The notes beneath the pieces were generated by a model. It searched no databases. It was given only the letters and a program-made list of their open reading frames with translations, and had not been told where the DNA came from. From contig JAAFKI010000051.1 in NCBI GenBank assembly GCA_021399345.1, positions 1 to 64,000 on the forward strand: a DNA stretch of 64,000 bases, written 5' to 3'. Below are positions 19,524-27,129 of this stretch, piece after piece (positions within the stretch are counted from its first letter, which is position 1; every line of letters begins with the position of its first letter). Position numbers and translations under genes: made by a program. This DNA comes from Candidatus Heimdallarchaeota archaeon. GTDB lineage: Archaea; Asgardarchaeota; Heimdallarchaeia; Heimdallarchaeales; Heimdallarchaeaceae.

Positions 19524-19527
19524 CTAA
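18370..19527 (+). CDS. Tandem Kruppel-type C2H2 zinc-finger protein (7 C2H2 + 1 C2HC) with putative C-terminal PD-(D/E)xK nuclease-like domain
   Basis: Eight 28-aa repeats with linkers TKEKP/TGEKP/TGEKP/TNEKP/TNQKP/TGEKP/SGEKP; C-terminal QWE..IIPEILV..LIDAKRS; ends QTILSDF. Confidence 0.9.
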   Translation: MIFMEEKQEKPFQCGICKRRFKRKDYLKRHMMVHTKEKPFLCDTCGKAFSRKTSLKNHFRVHTGEKPFICKECGKKFSDKGNLSKHLRLHTGEKPYICHFCNKEFSRSHHLQSHLRIHTNEKPFSCTYCDKSFSREFILKNHLKIHTNQKPYECNFCEKKFRQLAHLESHLRIHTGEKPYYCSECGKSFRTSSSLISHKRTHSGEKPYKCTRCGKEFSRLFTLKYHIKNNSCWYNKKSSIQWENLCKDIAEILFEEKKWKWKPKILTPELVNRKWIIPEILVFSQNDKKELIDAKRSIDSIRKKDLDVYPLYADIIHFWCLVPTKRRIQSSNVKVLDSDDIIGLLKKKVSEQNSERIDKIISQIEMLKKGMIIKDQTILSDFNEN

Positions 19528-19835
19528 CTATGTTTAAATTCTACTCCAAATCCACCTTTAGGATATTTCCAGTCAACGCTACCATGAGGACAAATAATGC
19601 GACATGTGGCACACTCAAGACACGCAACATAATCGAAGACAACGGGTCCTTCTGCTTCCTCTTCTTCTGTAAATTTGTAGCAATCTGCTGGGCATCCATA
19701 TACACAATCATAAGTTGTACACTTTGCCTTACAGATTTCTGGATTTATCTCAATATGTGCATAATTTTGATCGGTTGTGATTTTTGTTAAATCTAGTTTT
19801 TCCTCTAGTGTTTTGGGTTTGTTTGATTTGCTCAT
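19524..19835 (-). CDS. fixX: Ferredoxin-like protein FixX
   Basis: CPADCY, CLECATCRIIC, WKYPKGGFGV; directly downstream of fixC. Confidence 0.93.
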   Translation of the reverse strand: MSKSNKPKTLEEKLDLTKITTDQNYAHIEINPEICKAKCTTYDCVYGCPADCYKFTEEEEAEGPVVFDYVACLECATCRIICPHGSVDWKYPKGGFGVEFKHS

Positions 19836-21127
19836 AATGATCTCACCGCTCCTATTAAAAGTTTAATTAATCCAAATAATTTACCTTTTTTGAAAACATA
19901 TCCTATGGCTGATGTAACTATTCTCTTTCTAGGATATCCGTTATTTCGTAATAGTTTTTCGAACAATCCTGTCAATAAATCAGGAACATAAGTAAACATC
20001 ATTTTATTTTCTAGAAAGTGTGAAGCTCTTTTGAATGTTTTAAGGTCTTTGTAAGCGAAGCTCTCTTTAAGTTTCTTCTTGTATAGTTTGGTTTGTTTTT
20101 TAGTATAATCGTTTGTTTGTAATATTTCTATAGCAGCTTCACCAGCTACTTTGCCTGATTCTAAGGCGAAATTTATCCCTTCAATGTATAATCCTGCATT
20201 CAGAACCATACCAGCTGCATCACCGACGACTAAAACACCATTACCATATAATTTTGGCATGTGCTTGAAACCACCCTCTGGAATGATGTGAGCAGAATAT
20301 TCTATCATTTCAGCATCTTTCAGCAGTTTTTTGACATAAGAATGCTCTTTGAACTCCTCAAAAACTTCAGGTGCTTTCAGCTTTTTCTTAGTTAAAACAT
20401 CCATATTAAGGATGAGCCCAAAAGAAACTGTTTCCTGATTTGTATAGTAGAATCCTCCACCAGGAATACCTTTTGAATACCCTAAAATTTCGTTGTTCAT
20501 ACCTTCGTTATCATCTAAATGAAATCGCTCTTCAATTTTTTTCTTAGGTAATTTATAGGTCTCTTTCATACCAAGAGCAAAATGACGAGGTTTTGGTTTT
20601 TTAGCTAGTTTTGCTTTCTCAACTAGCATGGTATTTGCACCTTCTGCAATAATTACTAGCTTTGCTTTGAGAACTTCCTCACCTGATTTTACACCAACAA
20701 TTTGTTTATCATTCCACACTAAGTCTTCTACCATTGTATCTGGTAATATCATAGCTCCAGCTTCTTCTGCTTTGTCTGCTAACCATCGGTCAAACTTAGG
20801 TCTTATAACTGTCACACCATTGTATGGAACTTGATTGAAATTCCTTAGATCTGCATCAATTGTAACACTTTTAGACTCAGAAAGTAGAGTTATTTTTTTG
20901 GTTGTAAGATATCTTTCAAATGAATTCTCATCCTCCCAGTAATTTGGGACTAATTCATTCAGAATGGGACCATATAAAGCTGCACCACTAACATTTTTTG
21001 CACCAGAATATTGTCCTCTTTCTAAAACAACAGTTTCGATACCAGCTTTAGCAAGTGTTAAAGCTGCTGAAATACCAGCAGGTCCAGCACCAACAATAGC
21101 CACATCAAAATCAAATTCTTCTGACAT
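19832..21127 (-). CDS. fixC: FixC family ETF:quinone oxidoreductase flavoprotein
   Basis: VGAGPAG, ERG..SGAKNVSG, RPKFDRWL, EYSAHIIPEGG, VGDAAG. Confidence 0.93.
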   Translation of the reverse strand: MSEEFDFDVAIVGAGPAGISAALTLAKAGIETVVLERGQYSGAKNVSGAALYGPILNELVPNYWEDENSFERYLTTKKITLLSESKSVTIDADLRNFNQVPYNGVTVIRPKFDRWLADKAEEAGAMILPDTMVEDLVWNDKQIVGVKSGEEVLKAKLVIIAEGANTMLVEKAKLAKKPKPRHFALGMKETYKLPKKKIEERFHLDDNEGMNNEILGYSKGIPGGGFYYTNQETVSFGLILNMDVLTKKKLKAPEVFEEFKEHSYVKKLLKDAEMIEYSAHIIPEGGFKHMPKLYGNGVLVVGDAAGMVLNAGLYIEGINFALESGKVAGEAAIEILQTNDYTKKQTKLYKKKLKESFAYKDLKTFKRASHFLENKMMFTYVPDLLTGLFEKLLRNNGYPRKRIVTSAIGYVFKKGKLFGLIKLLIGAVRSL

Positions 21128-21182
21128 TATAATTTGATTTCTAAGTATTTATTTATAAACTCTGTTACTTGTCAAATTCGTA

Positions 21183-21881
21183 TTATTCAGACGAGTTTAA
21201 GCCATATCCCCAATTTCCATTTTCATCATAATTGAAGGATTTGAACATACCACAAGCATTCCAAATATCATCAAACCAAGTTTGAATTAAACGGGGAACA
21301 TCCTCTGTTTTTGCATAATCTTCAATGTAAATCTCATCTAGTTTTATTACATCTTCTTGTATAGGTGTTGGAATGGCTCCCAGTATTTCTTTATTCAATT
21401 TCATTAAATATCCTTCAACACCAATAAGAGAAAGATACATACTAAAAGGAGGTTTGACATTTATTCGTTTGAAAACTTCTACATAATCTGGAATTGCTGT
21501 AATTACTTCCTTCTCAAAATCTATACTAGGGATTTCTTTTTTCTCAACAATTGGTTTGAGTAGACTCCCTTCTACAGCTTCTATAATCCCTCTTCGATAT
21601 AAATGAGCATAAGATCTTGCTCCTCCTGATAAATCAGTGGTATATGTAAGAAAACCATCGAATGTGTGGCTCATTTCCATCCCTATATATCTGATAGGTT
21701 TCAGATACTTTGGATTTCGCGAGATAATTTCAATATTGTAGTTTTTATCGATAGTTGAAGATTCTTCGGCGATAAGATGTAATACTATCTTTGCTGTTTC
21801 AGGAATTTTAATAGGAGCTCTATTGTTTTTCAGTTCATTTATTCGTTCATTTCTGAAAAAGCCTTTCACGATAATAACCAC
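21183..21881 (-). CDS. Hypothetical protein resembling the C-terminal domain of Schlafen/AlbA_2-family proteins, probably 5'-truncated
   Basis: FRNERI, KIVLHLI, FDGFLTY, SYAHLYRRGIIEAV, FDDIWNACG..SFNYDENGNW; recognised from memory of the family only. Confidence 0.55.
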   Translation of the reverse strand: MVIIVKGFFRNERINELKNNRAPIKIPETAKIVLHLIAEESSTIDKNYNIEIISRNPKYLKPIRYIGMEMSHTFDGFLTYTTDLSGGARSYAHLYRRGIIEAVEGSLLKPIVEKKEIPSIDFEKEVITAIPDYVEVFKRINVKPPFSMYLSLIGVEGYLMKLNKEILGAIPTPIQEDVIKLDEIYIEDYAKTEDVPRLIQTWFDDIWNACGMFKSFNYDENGNWGYGLNSSE

Positions 21882-21921
21882 CCGATTTTTTATTTAAAGT
21901 TTGTTTAAAAAGAAAAAAGGA

Positions 21922-22884
21922 TTATCCTTGAAGCTTTTGCTTAAGGATTGGAAGGATTACATGAAGATCTCCAATAATACCATAATCAGCAAAGTTAAAG
22001 ATTGCAGCTCCTTCATCAGTGTTTATAGCTATCAGAGTTTTTGCTTTGATTCCACTCACGTGTTGTGGGGCTCCACTTATGCCTGCAGCAATATAAAGGT
22101 CTGGTGAAACTGATTGTCCTGTTTGTCCAATCTCATATGTTTCTTCAATCCAATGAACATCTGTACACGCTCGAGTAGCTTCTATTTCACCACCCAAAAT
22201 ATCAGCAAGTTCTCTAATAATTTGGAATTGTTCTTTTCCACCAACTCCTCTTCCACCTGCAACTATAATTTTTGCGTCTTTCAAATTAACAGTTCTTTCA
22301 GCTTTCTTGATTTCTATATGTTTTACAAGCATATCTTCTTCACTAAAAGTAACATCAAAAGATTCAACATTTGGTGAACCGCCATCTGGATTTTCATTCA
22401 CAAAGAATGCGCCTGCTCTAGAAGTTGCGAACTTAATAGCACCTTCAATTCTAGTCACTTTCATTGCTTGATCATCTCTAACTGGTGTATGGAAGTGTAG
22501 ATCATCACCAACTATTGAAATATCATTGATTCGTTGAGCACATGAAACTCCATGATGAACTGCAAGTCTTGGAATTAAATCCTCTCCATATACTGTTCCT
22601 GCAGCAATAACTAACTTAGGTTCAGTTTTTTCAATAACCTCTAGCATTGCTTTAACATAAGGTCTACTGAGATAGACTTCTAGTTCAGGAGCTTTTACAG
22701 ATACAACTCTTGAAGCACCATGCTTTCCAAGTTCAGTTATCCATTCATCTTTAATCTGATGACCGAATAAAGCAACTATAATTTCACTGATTCCAGAAAT
22801 CTCTGTTAATTTGTTTAAGACTCCAAGAGTGTTTTCCTCGATAATATCTTCTCTAATTTGACCAAAAACTAATGTTTTCACCAT
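21922..22884 (-). CDS. fixB: Electron transfer flavoprotein alpha subunit
   Basis: IIVAGGRGVG, IGQTGQSVSPDLYIAAGISGAPQH, AINTD..A.IF..ADYGI.GD. Confidence 0.95.
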   Translation of the reverse strand: MVKTLVFGQIREDIIEENTLGVLNKLTEISGISEIIVALFGHQIKDEWITELGKHGASRVVSVKAPELEVYLSRPYVKAMLEVIEKTEPKLVIAAGTVYGEDLIPRLAVHHGVSCAQRINDISIVGDDLHFHTPVRDDQAMKVTRIEGAIKFATSRAGAFFVNENPDGGSPNVESFDVTFSEEDMLVKHIEIKKAERTVNLKDAKIIVAGGRGVGGKEQFQIIRELADILGGEIEATRACTDVHWIEETYEIGQTGQSVSPDLYIAAGISGAPQHVSGIKAKTLIAINTDEGAAIFNFADYGIIGDLHVILPILKQKLQG

Positions 22885-22886
22885 AA

Positions 22887-23687
22887 TCACGCTCCTAGTT
22901 TTACCTCATCTTCTTTCAGTTTCGCTAGAAGATTTTCAACTTTTTCCTCAGGTTCACCTTCTTTGATTATGTAACTTTCTTTCTCAATAACAATATTAGA
23001 GAATGAAACTTCAATTAAAGAAGCTGCTTCTTTTCCAACAACACTTGAACTAAGCCCTAAATCAGCAGCAGTCCATTTTGGAATTTCTGCTCTTTTAGCT
23101 GTTAGAATTCCTCTCATGGATGTATATCTTGGAGTAAAATATTGACTATCACTGCAACTAATCACTCCTTTATTAGGCATAGCGACAATCTTTCTACCAC
23201 CTTCTAGAACATGTCCAACTTTATAACCTGAGTCTATAACTTCAATTTCTTCAGCATAGAGAACACTTGGTAAACCAAGTTTCTCAGATAACATAGCTCC
23301 AATTGCATAGGAACCAGTTGATTGTTCTTCAACTCCTAGAAAGACTAAATCAAATTCTCCTATTTTTCCTAAAGCTTCAACATATACTTTAGCTAACAGA
23401 AGAGGGTCATCTGTGTAGATGGTTTCATCTGCTATCTCAATAGCATCAGTACAACCCATTGCTATTGCTTCTCTCAAAGCTTTGTTGGGTTTTAAACCTC
23501 TCACACACACAGCTGTAACTTCTGCTCCAAGCTGATCTTTAAGCTTTAGAGCTCCTTCCAGAGCGTTTTTACTTGAAGGGTTAATGACTAAATCATCTTC
23601 ACTAACGCGTGTGGAATCAAAATAATCCACTCCTTGAAGCTTGACCTGTGTGCTTACTATTTGTTCTATAAACACAATAATCTTCAT
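22887..23687 (-). CDS. fixA: Electron transfer flavoprotein beta subunit
   Basis: INP...NALE.AL, ALREAIAMG, PRYTSMRGI; adjacent to the alpha subunit. Confidence 0.93.
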   Translation of the reverse strand: MKIIVFIEQIVSTQVKLQGVDYFDSTRVSEDDLVINPSSKNALEGALKLKDQLGAEVTAVCVRGLKPNKALREAIAMGCTDAIEIADETIYTDDPLLLAKVYVEALGKIGEFDLVFLGVEEQSTGSYAIGAMLSEKLGLPSVLYAEEIEVIDSGYKVGHVLEGGRKIVAMPNKGVISCSDSQYFTPRYTSMRGILTAKRAEIPKWTAADLGLSSSVVGKEAASLIEVSFSNIVIEKESYIIKEGEPEEKVENLLAKLKEDEVKLGA

Positions 23688-23820
23688 AATATTCAACAAA
23701 ACTGAATAAAGATGTTAAATAAATATTACTACATATCAAATATTCGTAGATGGGGAAAAAAGATTTATTTCAAAGAGAAAATCTTAAGAAAATGTAAAAC
23801 CTCAATAAATTTGAGATATC

Positions 23821-24879
23821 ATGACTATTGACAGAAAAAAAGTCATCGAAACCCAAATCGAACTAAGCAATCTAATAGGATGCCCTGGGCATGAAGTTGA
23901 GGTAACTGACTACATTCTAGTAAAACTGGAAAAATTAGCTGTAGATAAAGCCTGGATTGATCCTCTAGGAAATGTATTAGCAATCAAAGAAGGTTCTGAC
24001 CCCAACGGATTAAGAATAATGCTTGATGCGCATGTTGATGAAGTAGGATTTATGATTTCACATATTGATGATTTTGGCTTTATCACTATTGAAACGCTTG
24101 GGGGAATTGACAAACGCTTGATGTTGGGAGCTTTAATTCAATTTCACACTACAGAAAGAAAAAGAATTATCGGTGTTGTAGGGACATCTCCACCTCACAT
24201 AACCAGACAAGAAGATAGAGAAAAAGTTCCACCCATAAATGAAATGTTTGTGGATATAGGGTGTAAATCATATCAAGAAGTAATAGATATGGATTTAGAT
24301 ATTGGTTCAGTAGGAACATTCTACACTGAATGTAAACAGCTTAATGACAATATCCTATTAGGAAAAGCATTTGATGATCGTACAGCATGTAATGTTTTGT
24401 TACAAGTACTTGAACAGCTAAAGGATATTGAAATCCCAAATACACTTTTGATTACTTTTGCAGTGCAAGAAGAAGTTGGAGGTAGGGGAGCTACAGTAGC
24501 AGGTTTTACTTTGGATCCAAGTATTGCTTTAGCTCTTGAGAACACTATTGCTAGCGATGTTCCTGGTGTTCCTCCAGCAAAAATGATCACAAAACTAGGA
24601 AGTGGACCTGCTGTAACAGCAGCAGATAGATCATTAATTGTACCAAAGAAGATTCTTGATAGAATCAAAACTGCCGCAGACATGGATGGAATTACATGGC
24701 AATATAAGAAACCAGTATATGGCGGAACAGATGCGGGTAGAATCTCTTTAACAAGATCTGGTGTTCCTTCTGGTGTAGTTTCTGTCCCATGTAGATACAT
24801 TCATGCTAATGCAGGTTTACTTCAGATTGATGATATAGTAGATACAATAAAACTTGTTATAAACTTTTGTAAGATTTAA
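23821..24879 (+). CDS. M42 family (TET) aminopeptidase
   Basis: DAHVDEVG, GKAFDDR, VQEEVG, GGTDAG, SVPCRYIH. Confidence 0.95.
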   Translation: MTIDRKKVIETQIELSNLIGCPGHEVEVTDYILVKLEKLAVDKAWIDPLGNVLAIKEGSDPNGLRIMLDAHVDEVGFMISHIDDFGFITIETLGGIDKRLMLGALIQFHTTERKRIIGVVGTSPPHITRQEDREKVPPINEMFVDIGCKSYQEVIDMDLDIGSVGTFYTECKQLNDNILLGKAFDDRTACNVLLQVLEQLKDIEIPNTLLITFAVQEEVGGRGATVAGFTLDPSIALALENTIASDVPGVPPAKMITKLGSGPAVTAADRSLIVPKKILDRIKTAADMDGITWQYKKPVYGGTDAGRISLTRSGVPSGVVSVPCRYIHANAGLLQIDDIVDTIKLVINFCKI

Positions 24880-26348
24880 TCTTTCTTCTTAAACGGATCT
24901 GGCCCTCTGAACCAAGAGAATGCTGTAGCAAAGAGCATGAAAACTGCAAACACTGCAAAAAGAACTTTCATTGCAGGTACATAATTAGCAACATCAGCTA
25001 AGTCTCCACCATTTCTTCTTTGGAAATAATTTTGACTATATACGAAAACAGCTGTTGCCAAAGCAGTTCCTAAACTAAACCCAACATTAGTAGATAAGCT
25101 GAGAAGACCATTCGCAACTCCTAGTTTATTTTCTGGAGATGATGACATTACAGAAGTATTATTAGGCGCAATAAAGGCTCCTAGTGCAATACCAATAATA
25201 ATTGCTATAATCACAAGAATCCAGTTCTTTACATCAGCTCTTACAAAAACCGCTCCGAACACTAGAGAAAGGGTCATAGTACCAATTCCAAGTGTGGTAA
25301 TATATTTTGCATCAATTTTACCAGATAAATATCCAGAAATAACAGCTGTTGCTGCCATAGCTATTGGCGTTCCTAAGATTATTAATCCTGTTTTTATCTG
25401 AGACAAACCTAGAATATCTTGAACAAATAATGGCAGCTGAAAGATGATAACACACAACCCTAGATAAGCAAATACAGCTGAAAAAATACCTATCGAGAAT
25501 CTTCTATTCTTAAACATAGATAGATCCACCAAAGGATTATCCGTTTTCTTTTCCCATAAAATAAATGCTATAAAAAGTAATATGCTCATTCCTAAACATA
25601 TTCCACTCCACGTTGCAGTATAACTACCAAAAAGACTCACTTCGTCAAAAATGCTTGCAAAGATACTGAAACTAAAAACCATTAAAAAGAGAGAGAATGC
25701 TAAAAATGTAGAACCTGGAATATCTGATTTTCTTCTTGTTTCTTCAATTGGAGGTGTTTTAGGGATAATTACTTGAACCCAGAATAATCCTATTAGCCCT
25801 ATAGGAACATTAATCAAAAATATCCATCCCCAGCGAAGATAAACGGTGATAACACCTCCCAAAATTGGTCCTATAGATAGAGCTAATGCAATAATTAAGG
25901 AATTCAAACCAATTGCTAACCCTCTGTTCTGTTTTGTTGTAAATCTAGTAATTATGGCCATACCATTAGCTACTAAACCAGTAGCTCCTATTCCTTGCAA
26001 CACTCTGAAAATAACCAGAGCAAGGAGCGTTTTAGCAAAAAAACAGAGAAGAGAAGCTAAAGAAAATATAACCATTCCTATTTGAAAAACCAGTTTATTG
26101 GAAAACCTGTCACCTAAATCTCCTGCAATAGTTGTAAAAGCTATCATGGTTAATAGATAGCTTAAGATAATCCACTGGACTGCGTTCTGTGAAACTCCTA
26201 GACTATCTCTAATAGTTTTCAAGCCTATAAATACAATTGTTCCATCAAGTGACGCAAGAAATGCTCCTAAACCAGTAGCTGAAACTAGAACCCAGATTTT
26301 AATTGGAGACTTAGATTCCTTATTATTCTCTGTAGAAATAACATTCAT
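24876..26348 (-). CDS. MFS transporter, DHA2 (EmrB/QacA) family
   Basis: LDGTIV, WIILSYLL, GDLGDRF, RVLQGIG, GPILGG, WIFLINVPIG; ~14 TM. Confidence 0.92.
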   Translation of the reverse strand: MNVISTENNKESKSPIKIWVLVSATGLGAFLASLDGTIVFIGLKTIRDSLGVSQNAVQWIILSYLLTMIAFTTIAGDLGDRFSNKLVFQIGMVIFSLASLLCFFAKTLLALVIFRVLQGIGATGLVANGMAIITRFTTKQNRGLAIGLNSLIIALALSIGPILGGVITVYLRWGWIFLINVPIGLIGLFWVQVIIPKTPPIEETRRKSDIPGSTFLAFSLFLMVFSFSIFASIFDEVSLFGSYTATWSGICLGMSILLFIAFILWEKKTDNPLVDLSMFKNRRFSIGIFSAVFAYLGLCVIIFQLPLFVQDILGLSQIKTGLIILGTPIAMAATAVISGYLSGKIDAKYITTLGIGTMTLSLVFGAVFVRADVKNWILVIIAIIIGIALGAFIAPNNTSVMSSSPENKLGVANGLLSLSTNVGFSLGTALATAVFVYSQNYFQRRNGGDLADVANYVPAMKVLFAVFAVFMLFATAFSWFRGPDPFKKKD

Positions 26349-26415
26349 TAAGAACAAATTTTTGTTTTCACACTTTATTAAAAAACTTTTGCAATAGGTC
26401 GATGAAAAAACTAAT

Positions 26416-26982
26416 TTAATGTAAATCTTCAAATTCTTTGGCTAGGATGTCCATTATATAGACATCATGATATCTTCCTTGAAGAAAATGTGCTTCTCTT
26501 TTCAAACCTACTTCTTTAAAGCCAATCTTCTCGTAAACATGGATTGCTTTTTTATTATAATCCATTACCATCAATTCTAGTCTGTGAAAATTCAATATCA
26601 TAAAACCAACTTTAAGCAAGCTAATCATTGCGTCTGTGCCATAACCTTTGTCATGATTTTTTGGATCGTGAATTGAAATACCAATAACAGCTGATCTATT
26701 TATTTGCAGAAAATCTCCGATACCACATGTACCTAAGAATTCTTTAGTTTCTAGTGTTTCTATGGCAAAATTATAACCTTTTCCTGATTTAGCTATATCA
26801 TGAGAGTATTGAATGAATTCTTCTTCCATCATGGAAGACATTGGAATAACTGTTCCTAATCCAACACGTGATTCATAAGTATTCCAGTGTTTCATAATAT
26901 CCTCTAAATCACTTTTTTCTAGAGGTCTTAATCTAACTTTTTCTCCTTCAAAAGGTGATTTTGTTTGATAAATGTCTGGCAT
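26416..26982 (-). CDS. GNAT N-acetyltransferase (RimJ/RimL family)
   Basis: LRPLEKSD, KGYGTDA, N..AI.VYEK.GF..VG..RE. Confidence 0.92.
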   Translation of the reverse strand: MPDIYQTKSPFEGEKVRLRPLEKSDLEDIMKHWNTYESRVGLGTVIPMSSMMEEEFIQYSHDIAKSGKGYNFAIETLETKEFLGTCGIGDFLQINRSAVIGISIHDPKNHDKGYGTDAMISLLKVGFMILNFHRLELMVMDYNKKAIHVYEKIGFKEVGLKREAHFLQGRYHDVYIMDILAKEFEDLH

Positions 26983-27129
26983 AAGTTTTGTTCAACATAA
27001 GATTTTAAGAATGTTTAGTTAACATATTACTAATAGAAAGAGGTCAATCTTCTTTTATGTAAAAAGTCATTTATATATCTGAATTAGACTAGACCATCTA
27101 AAATTTACAATCCAAAGAAAGGGATAATC

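Noticed and set aside
19620-19670. Match of a code-predicted ZF site (roughly NCG NYT NGA NNG NGG KAC NYG GNG) to fixX near the repeat boundary (minus strand CAG AAG GAC CCG TTG)
   Set aside because: Only a partial match to a highly degenerate prediction; expected by chance, so not used as evidence.
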